The notes under the pieces are model-generated. The model had not been told where the DNA came from, made no database searches, and saw only the letters and a program-made list of their open reading frames with translations. From Parvibaculum sp. (GTDB taxonomy: Bacteria > Pseudomonadota > Alphaproteobacteria > Parvibaculales > Parvibaculaceae): 64,000 bases of DNA. Location: contig NZ_JAHBYN010000001.1 of assembly GCF_019635935.1 (NCBI RefSeq), positions 2,507,532 to 2,571,531 on the forward strand, given 5' to 3'. Shown here piece by piece: positions 1 to 10,771 of this stretch. How positions within the stretch are numbered: the first letter of the stretch is position 1; every line of letters starts with the position of its first letter. A program made the position numbers and the translations under genes.

Positions 1-553
1 GCACCGCGCGCCCGGCGACCGCGATTGAAAATCCTTCATTGGCGATCCAGCGAAGACCATCCATCGTCTTTGCGAAAGCTCCCGATCCGCGCTCGGCGTC
101 GTGCAGCGCCGCCGTGTGATGGTCGAGGCTGACCCGCAGCGTCAATCGCGCGCCGTGATGCGCCTTGAGGTCGAGCAATCCACGTCTGATCCCGGGCCGC
201 ATCATCGGCTGCATGGCGTTGGTGAGGATCAGCACCCGGTGGCCGCGTTCGAGCGCGTCCGCCGCCATCGCCAGCATGTCGGGGTTCATGAAGGGCTCGC
301 CGCCCGTGAACCCGATCTCGATGGGTTCGTGCCCGGCCATATCGAAGACATGCGCCGCCTCCGCCGCCGTGATGTAGACCAGCCGGTCGTCGGTCGGGCT
401 CGACCTTATGTAGCAATTGGCGCATTCGATATTGCAGAGCGTGCCGGTGTTGATCCACAGCGTCTTCAACGTGCGAAATTGCACCTGCGCGCGGGTCTCG
501 CCCTTCGCGGTGATGTCGGGATGGCTGAATTTGATCGGTGTGGCGTCGGTCAT
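1..553 (-). CDS. Radical SAM protein, 5' part (runs off the window edge)
   Basis: Frame not in the ORF track. ATG at 553 reads MTDATPIKFSHPDITAKGETRAQVQFRTLKTLWINTGTLCNIECANCY (CxxxCxxC), then GFTGGEPF, and stays open to position 1. Confidence 0.85.
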   Translation of the reverse strand, partial: MTDATPIKFSHPDITAKGETRAQVQFRTLKTLWINTGTLCNIECANCYIRSSPTDDRLVYITAAEAAHVFDMAGHEPIEIGFTGGEPFMNPDMLAMAADALERGHRVLILTNAMQPMMRPGIRRGLLDLKAHHGARLTLRVSLDHHTAALHDAERGSGAFAKTMDGLRWIANEGFSIAVAGRAV

Positions 554-663
554 GGCGGGAGCCTAGCACGAGGGCGCGCCTCACTTCCGCTCACGATCCC
601 GCGATTTTCGGGAACTTTCCGGGCCTTTTCGCAAGCATGCGCCCATGCTAGAACCGCCCTCGC

Positions 664-737
664 GCGGGTGTAGCTCAATGGTAGAGCAGAAGCTTCCCAA
701 GCTTACGACGAGGGTTCGATTCCCTTCACCCGCTCCA
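664..737 (+). tRNA. tRNA-Gly (anticodon CCC), CCA encoded
   Basis: GCGGGTG acceptor pairs with CACCCGC; D-loop TAGCTCAATGGTAGAGC; anticodon loop TTCCCAA (CCC at 696-698); T-loop GTTCGATTC; ends TCCA. Confidence 0.97.
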
Positions 738-793
738 GTCCAATCGCACCCGAACCCTCGGTTTCTTGTTCTGCGCCGCCTGGCGGCGCGGGA

Positions 794-824
794 GTTCGAT
801 TCCCTTCGCCCGCACCAGTCCAAT
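794..824 (+). repeat. Second copy of tRNA-Gly 3' end plus flank (att-like direct repeat)
   Basis: GTTCGATTCCCTTCGCCCGCACCAGTCCAAT matches 714-744 at 29/31 nt, 80 bp downstream. Confidence 0.9.
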
Positions 825-920
825 TGCTTGCCACCCGCCAATGGCCCATTTGGGTCATGCGCCGGCCCGGGCGCCGCGCCACCCTGAAAGTCTCGAACGC
901 GGACTTCCAGGATGGAAAAC

Positions 921-1016
921 ATGCCGATCGCTCGACATCTCGCTGCCGGCGCGCTGGGCCTTCTGCTCGGACTGGTGTTTTTTGTGGCGATCACGACCGC
1001 ATCGGTTCTGGTCTAG
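921..1016 (+). CDS. Putative 31-aa single-TM small protein
   Basis: MPIARHLAAGALGLLLGLVFFVAITTASVLV*; purine-rich AGGATGGAAAAC before the ATG; stop shares CTAG with the convergent gene. Confidence 0.5.
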   Translation: MPIARHLAAGALGLLLGLVFFVAITTASVLV

Positions 1017-1609
1017 CGCGGGATCGTGGACGGTGGCATGCCCGCCGGCATTTTCGTTGCCGTCACACCGTCGGGCAGGCGGAACAGCGCCGCGTCCTGC
1101 GCCCCACGCTGAAGTTCGCTCAGCGTCATCGCGAATTTCCCGGCGGGGCTTGCGCCCTCGGCCTTCACAGGAATGCCGTCGCGCGTCAGCCAGACGAAAA
1201 CGGTCGCTGCATCTTCCGCGCGGTCGATGCGGTATTTGGTTGTCTGCTCGCCTTCCACGGCTTCCTCGCCGAGCTTTTCGGCCTCGATGCCCTCATCGTA
1301 TATCTCGCCGATCCCGTAGTCGGCGACATCATCCATGTTCATTTCCATCGCCATGTTCATGTCCGGCATATACATCAGCATCTTTTTTTCGTCCGGAAGC
1401 AGGATCGTTACCTGCCGCACACCTTGCATCGTCGTTTCCCAGCGTTCGGTGCCGCGGTCGTAATAGACCTTGCTGTTCATCGTCATGCCCTGCGCCTCGA
1501 CCGTGCGCACGGCGCTATATGCCGTGTCCGGCGGCGTGAGCGTTGCGGCGGATGCGGGCTGGATCGAAACCACGGCGACGAAGAGTGCGGTGAACAGGAT
1601 CAAACGCAC
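1013..1609 (-). CDS. Secreted/periplasmic protein, DUF4412/LolA-like fold
   Basis: GTG start with GAGGA RBS; signal peptide (…SIQPASAA); beta-rich body ending LFRLPDG. Confidence 0.65.
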   Translation of the reverse strand: MRLILFTALFVAVVSIQPASAATLTPPDTAYSAVRTVEAQGMTMNSKVYYDRGTERWETTMQGVRQVTILLPDEKKMLMYMPDMNMAMEMNMDDVADYGIGEIYDEGIEAEKLGEEAVEGEQTTKYRIDRAEDAATVFVWLTRDGIPVKAEGASPAGKFAMTLSELQRGAQDAALFRLPDGVTATKMPAGMPPSTIPR

Positions 1610-1838
1610 GGCAAGTCCTCTCTGATTTCCGGTTCGCAAATGAGCGCCGTCGAGGCTAGCTCGTTTTGGTGCCTGGCGAAATGCCAGCGATTCCGGGGGA
1701 GTTTGCGGGTTGGCCCGGCGGGCGAGCTGTGCAATGCTTGCCTCGAAATCACATAACCAGCCGATGCACCGCAGCGCGCCCCTTCGCTGCTCCACATACC
1801 ATTTGCGCATTTCAAGATTGCCCGGGAGGACGCTGGCC

Positions 1839-3830
<1,992 letters not shown>

Positions 3831-3889
3831 TGCGGTTCGCCCCAGCTTCTTGTATAAGTCGGGCATCCGCTGTTCCGCCCGAGGTCCGA

Positions 3890-5416
3890 ATGAGCCTCTC
3901 CCTCTATACGCTGATCGAATCGTCCTTCCCCGACGACCGCACGCGCCTTGCCCTTGAGGTGCCGGGCCGCACCCATGGGCCGCGCGACTGGTCCTTCGAT
4001 CGCCTGTCCGCCTATGCCGCGCGCTATGCAGCGCTCTTTGCGCAGCTTGGCCTGAAGCCCGGCGACCGCATTGCCCTGCAGGTCGAAAAGTCGCCCGAGG
4101 CGCTGGTGATCTATCTGGCCTGTTTGCGTGGCGGCTTCGTGTTCCTGCCCATGAACACCGCCTATCGCGTCGAGGAGGTCGACTATCTCGTCGGCGATGC
4201 CGAGCCCGCTCTGATCGTTTGCGACCCCGCGGTGGAAACCGCCATCGCCGACATCGCCGCGCGGCGCGGCGTGCCGCATCTGCTGACGCTCGACGCCGAC
4301 GCGCATGGCAGTTTCATTGACGCGGTCGCGACGGTTGCGGATGCTGTGCGGCCTGCCACCTGCGGCGCGGAGGATCTGGCGGTCATTCTCTATACGTCGG
4401 GAACCACCGGAAAGCCGAAAGGCGCCATGCTGACGCATGGCAATCTCGCGGCCAATGGATTGGCGTTGCGCGACGCCTGGCGTTTCACCGACGCCGACGT
4501 GCTGCTGCACGCCCTGCCGATTTTCCATGCGCACGGGTTATTCGTCGCCTGCCATTGCGCGCTTCTGTCGGGCGCGAAAATGATCTGGCGGCAGAAATTC
4601 GACCGCGCCGACGTGATTGCCCTGTTGCCGCGCGCCACCACTTTCATGGGCGTGCCGACCTTCTATACGCGCCTGCTCGCCGGGGACGACTTCAATGCCT
4701 CGCTGGTCGGCCATATGCGTCTGTTCACCTCCGGTTCCGCCCCCTTGCTCGCCGAGACCTTCGAGGCGTTCCGGGCGCGCACCGGTCATGCGATCCTTGA
4801 GCGCTACGGCATGACCGAGACCGGCATGAACACATCGAACCCCTATGACGGCGAACGTCGCGCCGGCACGGTTGGCTTTCCGCTGCCGGATGTCGAGCTG
4901 CGCGTGACGGACGAGGAAGGCCTGCCGCGCGCCTCCGGCGAGATCGGCGGCCTTGAGGTGCGCGGCCCCAATGTCTTTTCCGGCTATTGGCGGATGCCCG
5001 AAAAATCGGCGGCCGAGTTTGCGGAGGGCGGCTGGTTTCGAACCGGCGACATCGCAATGATCGACGCCGACGGCTATGTGCATCTGGTCGGCCGCGCCAA
5101 GGACCTCATCATCTCCGGCGGCTTCAACGTCTACCCGAAGGAGATCGAGGAGCTGGTCGACGACATGGCCGAAGTTCTGGAATCGGCCATCGTCGGCGTA
5201 CCTCATTCCGATTTTGGCGAGGCAAGTGTCGCGGTGGTCGTGCTGCGCGAAGGCGCGGCGCTCGATGAGGCGGCGCTCATTGCGCGGTTGAGGGAAAAGA
5301 TCGCCAATTACAAGGTGCCGAAGCGGGCCTTCTTCGTCGAAAGCCTGCCGCGCAACACCATGGGCAAGGTTCAGAAAAACCTGCTGCGCGAGGACTACAA
5401 GACGGCCTGCGCCTGA
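3890..5416 (+). CDS. matB: Malonyl-CoA synthetase (MatB-type acyl-CoA synthetase)
   Basis: YTSGTTGKPKG AMP-binding loop, LPIFHAHGLF, ILERYGMTET, GRAKDLIISGG, LPRNTMGKVQK. Confidence 0.88.
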   Translation: MSLSLYTLIESSFPDDRTRLALEVPGRTHGPRDWSFDRLSAYAARYAALFAQLGLKPGDRIALQVEKSPEALVIYLACLRGGFVFLPMNTAYRVEEVDYLVGDAEPALIVCDPAVETAIADIAARRGVPHLLTLDADAHGSFIDAVATVADAVRPATCGAEDLAVILYTSGTTGKPKGAMLTHGNLAANGLALRDAWRFTDADVLLHALPIFHAHGLFVACHCALLSGAKMIWRQKFDRADVIALLPRATTFMGVPTFYTRLLAGDDFNASLVGHMRLFTSGSAPLLAETFEAFRARTGHAILERYGMTETGMNTSNPYDGERRAGTVGFPLPDVELRVTDEEGLPRASGEIGGLEVRGPNVFSGYWRMPEKSAAEFAEGGWFRTGDIAMIDADGYVHLVGRAKDLIISGGFNVYPKEIEELVDDMAEVLESAIVGVPHSDFGEASVAVVVLREGAALDEAALIARLREKIANYKVPKRAFFVESLPRNTMGKVQKNLLREDYKTACA

Positions 5417-5419
5417 ACG

Positions 5420-5950
5420 TCAGCTCTTGCGATCGGCTTCGCGGCGCTTGACCGGCGCCTTGCCGTCGCGGCGGCGGCGGTCGGGCCCGGTGAATTCCGC
5501 CGAGCGCACGATTGCGCGGGGCCGGGTCAGAACCGTCTCGATGCGGGTTGTCAGCTGCTGCGCCGAGAAGGGCTTGGAAAGAATTTCGGTTACGCCCGCG
5601 TCCCGCGCCGCGATGATCGCGCCGCGCTCGCGCTGCTCGGTCACATAGATGACCGGAATGGTGCTGAGTTCGCTTTCGTCGGCGGTCCGAATGGCGCGCA
5701 CGACGGAGAGCCCGTCAAGCGGCGGTTCGAGATCGTCCATGATCGCCAGATCGACCTTGCCGCGCATCAGCGCGCCCAGCGCTTCTTCGCCGGAGCGAAC
5801 GCTTGTTATGTTGCGAACGCCGAGGCCCGACAGGATGCCGCGCAGCAGGTTGGCCATGTACTGCGTGTCTTCGACGATGAGCACGCCCAGCTGTGCGTAT
5901 CGCTCGGGGCTGATGGTCTTGGTATCCGGCGCCGTGTTGTCCTGTGCCAT
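5420..5950 (-). CDS. CheY-like response regulator with C-terminal Arg-rich extension (Cle-type)
   Basis: REC residues ED, D (IMDD), T and KP are present; tail EFTGPDRRRRDG matches [Y/F]xGPx[R/K]R. Confidence 0.85.
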   Translation of the reverse strand: MAQDNTAPDTKTISPERYAQLGVLIVEDTQYMANLLRGILSGLGVRNITSVRSGEEALGALMRGKVDLAIMDDLEPPLDGLSVVRAIRTADESELSTIPVIYVTEQRERGAIIAARDAGVTEILSKPFSAQQLTTRIETVLTRPRAIVRSAEFTGPDRRRRDGKAPVKRREADRKS

Positions 5951-6024
5951 ATTTGTCTCTCGTTCGCTCGCCCGCCGCTGCCCGGCGCCTGTCCCGACTA
6001 TGGCCGAAACTCTTTATCGATTCG

Positions 6025-8022
6025 TTAGTGCGGCCCGCCCGAAGAGCTGTTTCCGTGCGGGATTTCGACCGGATTCGGGGAAGTTTGCAGCCGCGCGAGC
6101 TGTACCGCCATCATGCGGCTGAGGCCGTGGTCGGTCTTTTCCCAGTGGAAGGGCCTGGTGGCGAGCTGCCAGATCGCCTTGTAGGCCGCGACCGAAATCA
6201 GCAGCCAATAGGCCGGCATCATCAGCGTCTGCACGAAGAGCGGCGCCAGGCCGCGGGAGGCGACGGCCGCCATCCCGGCGGCGATGGAAAAGGAATAGCC
6301 GGACACCAGGACGGCGGCATTGAAAAAGGCCAGCGCCGTACCGTGCTGAAATCCGCCCGGTCCGCCGGCAAGGATGAGCGCCAGCGCCATGCTGGCGTAG
6401 AACATCGGGTGGAGCAGGTTCGACAACGAAAACCCGCCCATCACGATCTGGAAACCGACAAATCCCCGGAAGCCCAAGGCCCGGTAGAGCCGCACGGGGT
6501 GGCGCATCCGCACCAGATAGGTCTGCATCCAGCCTTTTACCCAGCGCGAGCGCTGGCGGACCCAGTTGTTGAGGCGGCAATTGGCTTCTTCCTGCGTCGT
6601 CGAGCGAATGATCCCGCAGCGATAGCCCATCAGTGCGAAGCGCTGTCCAAGGTCGGCATCTTCCGTCACATTGTTCGGATCCCATGCCCCCACCGCGCGC
6701 AATGCATCGATGCGGAAATGCGTCGAAGTGCCGCCAAGCGGAATCGGCAACCCGAGCCGCACCAGCGTCGGCAGCAGCAAGTCGAAGAAAGCGGCATATT
6801 CGATGGCGAATTGCCGCGTCAGCCAGTTTTCGTTCCAGTTGTAGTAGTTGAGCTGTGCCTGCACACAAGCCAGCCTTTCGTCGCCCAGCGCAAACGCGGC
6901 GACCGCCTTTTTGAGCTGCAGCGGCTCGGGCAGGTCTTCCGCATCGTAAATGACGAGCAGCTCGCCCCGTGCAAAGGGGAGCGCGAAATTGCAGGCCTTC
7001 GGCTTGGTCCGCGGCAGGCTCGTTGGCACACGGATGAAATCGAAATGGTCGGGAAGTTTCAGCGCCTTGGCGGCCTCCCATGTCGTGACGTCGCTCGCCT
7101 CGAACACGAGCTTGATGTCGAGCTTCGACGCCGGATAATCGAGGTCCTGCAATGCCCGCGCGATGATCGGCAGCACGCGCGCCTCGTCGTATAGCGGCAC
7201 CATCACCGTATAGACCGGCAGCGCGTCGTCCGGCGGCGCGCCGCGGCTTTGATAGGCGCGTTCCTCCGCGGTCGGTTGCGCCATCATGCCGACGAAAATC
7301 GAGGTGTAACGCAATGCGGCGACGGCGAAAAAACACAGACCGAGCACGACGTTGAGCGCCACCAGCGCGGCCGTGGGCGCGGCGACAAAGGCGGCGAGAG
7401 CAAGGATTGCAAGTCCGGCCAGAACGATCGCCTGCCGGCGCGTGACGGGGGTTGCAGCCGAGCTTTCCGGCATCTGCCGTGCAAGATCGAAGATTGCCCG
7501 CTCGTTCAGCGCGTCGCCGAACTCGTTCATGATCGTGCGGTCGATGTCGCGTGGCGAAGTAACGAAGACCGGTTGCGGCCGTCCTTCGTGCTGCGCGATC
7601 GCCGCGCGCGCCGTCGGCGGATCAGCCGCCACATAAATCGTCTCGGCGCCGTGCCGCCGCCAGGGCAGGCACTGTGTGCGCAGGTAGAAGTCGATTTCCT
7701 CCGCCCGCCGCAGCGCCCGGTCCCGCGGATCGGCCAGCAGGTTGACGAACGGGATGCCGTGCTGTGCCGCGTAAAGGCGCGCCATGTCGACCAGCCGCGC
7801 CGCGCCGGTGCTCACCATCACGCGGCCAAGCGATGTTCCCCAGTGGCGCTGCCGGTCGAGCGCCGTTGCAATGACCTCGGGCAGCGTCAGGCCGGAGGCC
7901 ACCGCCAATTCGCCGATCAGCGGCTTCGCGCCGCCTGGCGTCCGCTGTCGCACCGGGCGTCGCCGGCGGCCGGCACGCTTGGGCGCGGCCGCAGCTCCCT
8001 CGGCGGTTTTCTTTTCTTTCAA
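6025..8022 (-). CDS. Processive GT2 glycosyltransferase with N-terminal MshEN/GSPII_E_N-like domain
   Basis: VPLYDE, TKPKACN, IYDAED, VTEDADLG and QRSRW motifs plus C-terminal TMs; tandem 24-aa MshEN-like repeats. Start uncertain (TTG at 8022 chosen; ORF open to 8223). Confidence 0.85.
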   Translation of the reverse strand: MKEKKTAEGAAAAPKRAGRRRRPVRQRTPGGAKPLIGELAVASGLTLPEVIATALDRQRHWGTSLGRVMVSTGAARLVDMARLYAAQHGIPFVNLLADPRDRALRRAEEIDFYLRTQCLPWRRHGAETIYVAADPPTARAAIAQHEGRPQPVFVTSPRDIDRTIMNEFGDALNERAIFDLARQMPESSAATPVTRRQAIVLAGLAILALAAFVAAPTAALVALNVVLGLCFFAVAALRYTSIFVGMMAQPTAEERAYQSRGAPPDDALPVYTVMVPLYDEARVLPIIARALQDLDYPASKLDIKLVFEASDVTTWEAAKALKLPDHFDFIRVPTSLPRTKPKACNFALPFARGELLVIYDAEDLPEPLQLKKAVAAFALGDERLACVQAQLNYYNWNENWLTRQFAIEYAAFFDLLLPTLVRLGLPIPLGGTSTHFRIDALRAVGAWDPNNVTEDADLGQRFALMGYRCGIIRSTTQEEANCRLNNWVRQRSRWVKGWMQTYLVRMRHPVRLYRALGFRGFVGFQIVMGGFSLSNLLHPMFYASMALALILAGGPGGFQHGTALAFFNAAVLVSGYSFSIAAGMAAVASRGLAPLFVQTLMMPAYWLLISVAAYKAIWQLATRPFHWEKTDHGLSRMMAVQLARLQTSPNPVEIPHGNSSSGGPH

Positions 8023-8135
8023 GCGGGGGTTCCCCGAAATCGGTTTGCGACGGAACGCACGACAACAGGGTCCTGCACCTCGGAACTGACCTCTAATGCA
8101 GCCTATTAAAGATTTTCGTTTACCATAATAGACCA

Positions 8136-8156
8136 AAAGAACAGGGTACGTTCTTT
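8136..8156. promoter_or_regulatory. Inverted repeat AAAGAAC-N7-GTTCTTT, candidate operator
   Basis: Perfect 7-bp arms in the AT-rich divergent region between the GT2 and SBP genes. Confidence 0.4.
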
Positions 8157-8276
8157 GCTTAAAGACAGGCGGACGCGGCGCAATTCCGGTGGCGGCACGG
8201 GAACGGGCGTCTCGATGTGTCATACTGAGACGGTCGCAGTCGCTGAACTGACGGCAGGGGAACGGTTGGGGCGTTT

Positions 8277-9227
8277 ATGCGGTTTCTGCTCTATCTCAAC
8301 ACGATTGCGATCATCCTGCTGGCGGGCGCGCTGGTGCGGCTTTACGAGGACGCACCCTTGCCGTGGGCCGCGCCGCCGGTCGCGCTGGCGGCCGATCCTG
8401 CGCCGTCTGCGCCCGCCCCGTCGCCGCCACTGACGGCCGAACAATATGCGGCCCTGCAATTGCCCTTGCCGCACCCGGCGCGCACGCCGGCCGTCGCGCC
8501 CGATGCCGGTCCCGAGAAGCTGCGCCTGTTGACCGAAGGCGATTATCCGCCTTTCAACTTTCGCGGCGCCCAGGGCGATCTGACCGGTTTCGACATCGAA
8601 ATCGCGAATGCGCTATGCGCACGCCTGCGGGCGGAGTGCAGCTTCGAGCTTCGGCCCTGGATCGAGCTCGTCCCGGCGCTGAAGCGCGGCGAGGGCGATG
8701 CCGTGGTCGCTTCGATGCTGATCCCCGTGCCCGGTCGCGAAGCGCCCGCCGCCGTCGACGGCGTCGTTTTTACCGAACGCTACTATTCGACACCGGGCCA
8801 TTTCGCGGCGCGACGCACCGGCGCGCCCGTCGCGGCGACGCCGGCCGCGCTTGCCGGCAAGCGCATCGCGGTGCAGGCCGGCTCGGTGCATCACGCCTAT
8901 GTCCGGCATCGGTTCCCGGAAGCCCGGCCGCTCGCGCTGCCGACGCTCGCTGAGGCGCAGGCCGCACTCGCTGGCGGCGACGCCGATCTCCTTTTCGCGG
9001 ACCGGAACGCCCTCCTGCGCTGGACGGCGGCGGGCGAGGGTGCCTGCTGCCGTCTCGCCGGCTCGGGCTATGGGGATCCGGCATGGTTCGGCGAGGGCGC
9101 GGGCATTGCCCTGCGCGCCGGCGACGAGGCGCTGCGCGACAGGCTCAACGCCGCGCTCGAGGAACTGGTGGCCGACGGCACCTATGCCCGCATCAGCACC
9201 CGCTATTTCGCCAACAATATCTACTGA
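8277..9227 (+). CDS. Polar amino-acid ABC-type substrate-binding protein (PBPb), N-terminally anchored
   Basis: TEGDYPPFNF, GFDIEIANALC, LKRGEGDAVV, GTYARIS motifs; hydrophobic N-terminus followed by a Pro-rich linker. Confidence 0.88.
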   Translation: MRFLLYLNTIAIILLAGALVRLYEDAPLPWAAPPVALAADPAPSAPAPSPPLTAEQYAALQLPLPHPARTPAVAPDAGPEKLRLLTEGDYPPFNFRGAQGDLTGFDIEIANALCARLRAECSFELRPWIELVPALKRGEGDAVVASMLIPVPGREAPAAVDGVVFTERYYSTPGHFAARRTGAPVAATPAALAGKRIAVQAGSVHHAYVRHRFPEARPLALPTLAEAQAALAGGDADLLFADRNALLRWTAAGEGACCRLAGSGYGDPAWFGEGAGIALRAGDEALRDRLNAALEELVADGTYARISTRYFANNIY

Positions 9228-9234
9228 AATCCGC

Positions 9235-9765
9235 TCAGTTCTTTTCCTCGGCCATCAGGTCGCGCGGCCGTCCGAAGAAGACGCTGCGGCCTTTGCCCTC
9301 GGCGATGTTGGCCCAGTGCTCGACATCGAATTCCAGCACGATGAAGCCGCCGGTCGGCACGCCATGCGCGATGCGCAGCGCCGTCTCTTCGTCGGGATCT
9401 TCGGCCAGCGCCATCGCCAGCAGCACCAGACCCGGATTGTGAGCGACGACCAGCAGTGTCTGCGCCGTATCGGGCGCCTGGCGGATTTCGTCGAGCATCG
9501 CGTCGGGCATCGCATGATAGAGCTCGTCGCGATAGATGACCGGCACATCCTTGCCGAGCCGTAGGCTGAGCGGCGCGCAGGTTTCTCGTGCCCGTGCCGC
9601 CGTCGAGCACAGAACGGTGTCCGGCCGGTAGGGGCAGGAGGCAATATAGCCGGCCATGAATTCAGCGGCCTTTGCACCGCGCGCATTAAGCGGCCGGTCG
9701 AAATCGTCCTTCGCCGGATCGCCCCAATCCGACTTTGCGTGGCGCAGCAGGCACAACTGTTTCAT
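9235..9765 (-). CDS. sixA: Histidine phosphatase, SixA family
   Basis: MKQLCLLRHAKSDW, DFDRPLNARG, STAARARET, VVAHNPG; GGAGG RBS. Confidence 0.88.
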   Translation of the reverse strand: MKQLCLLRHAKSDWGDPAKDDFDRPLNARGAKAAEFMAGYIASCPYRPDTVLCSTAARARETCAPLSLRLGKDVPVIYRDELYHAMPDAMLDEIRQAPDTAQTLLVVAHNPGLVLLAMALAEDPDEETALRIAHGVPTGGFIVLEFDVEHWANIAEGKGRSVFFGRPRDLMAEEKN

Positions 9766-10592
9766 GTCCGTTGTTCCTCCCCGCGCCGCGCGCTGCCTGA
9801 AAACGGATTGACGAGGCTCCAGCCGAGACCGGCCGGCGCGGGCGCCGGAAAATCCGCAAGCCCGATCCGCATGGCGTCGTGACCGTCGCGCGGTTGTGCG
9901 CGATAGGTGCCGAACACCCGATCCCAGAGCGAAAGGCTGAAGCCGAAATTCATGTCTTGTTCGTCCCGATGGATCGAATGATGCACCCTGTGCATATCGG
10001 GTGTCACGACGGCGCGCCTCAAAATCCGGTCGGCTGCGACAGGCAGCCGCACATTCGAATGATTGAACATCGCCGCCGCGTTGAGCAGCACCTCGAACAG
10101 GATCACCGCAACGACAGGCGCACCGATCAGCGCGACCGCCGCGATCTTCACGCCCATGCTGATCAGGATTTCGACCGGGTGAAAGCGGATGCCGGTCGTC
10201 ACGTCGAGTTCGGGGTCGGCATGGTGCACCCGGTGCAGCCGCCACAGGAAACCGACATGGTGGAAAACGACATGCTGGCCATAGATGAGCGCGTCGAGCG
10301 CGAGCATCGAAAGGGGGACGGCGATGATGGCCGGCGTCTGCGTCCAGTTGAAGAGCCCGAAGCCGCGCCGTTCCGCTTCCACGGCCGTCGCCGCCGCAAC
10401 GACCGGCAGCGCAATGCGCACCAGCACGGCGCCGAGCGCCGACAGGGCGATGTTGGTCGGCCAGCGCCGCCACCGCGTCAAGGCTTGCGGCCGGCGCGGC
10501 GCGGCCAGCTCCCAAAGCGCCATCGCCGCCAGCACCGCCGCAAAGGCGGCAAGCCGGACTTGGGGTTCGTGGGTCGACAGAAATTCGGTCAT
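9762..10592 (-). CDS. Sterol desaturase / fatty-acid hydroxylase family protein
   Basis: His boxes QHVVFH, HRVHH, FNHSN, HRVHH; NFGFSLSLWDRVFGT. Confidence 0.9.
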   Translation of the reverse strand: MTEFLSTHEPQVRLAAFAAVLAAMALWELAAPRRPQALTRWRRWPTNIALSALGAVLVRIALPVVAAATAVEAERRGFGLFNWTQTPAIIAVPLSMLALDALIYGQHVVFHHVGFLWRLHRVHHADPELDVTTGIRFHPVEILISMGVKIAAVALIGAPVVAVILFEVLLNAAAMFNHSNVRLPVAADRILRRAVVTPDMHRVHHSIHRDEQDMNFGFSLSLWDRVFGTYRAQPRDGHDAMRIGLADFPAPAPAGLGWSLVNPFSGSARRGEEQRT

Positions 10593-10771
10593 ACGCCTCG
10601 GTTTGGTCCTGCGCGGGCTTTCGGACCGCGAAAAGGCCCCGCACAATGGGTCCCGTGCGGATGGCAACTATAGTGGCGCTTTGTCATCAAGAAAAAGGGC
10701 GCGTTGCCCGGCATTGAGATAAAATGGCGGCACGGGACCGGGATATACGGGGTTCGGAAGGGACGGCGGCG

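Noticed and set aside
36-584. ORF-track 182-aa minus ORF
   Set aside because: Wrong frame; the radical SAM gene is in another minus frame starting at 553.
8106-8126. Possible CtrA site TTAA…TTTACCAT near the GT2 promoter
   Set aside because: Half-site spacing is 9 nt rather than 7; at most a weak half-site.
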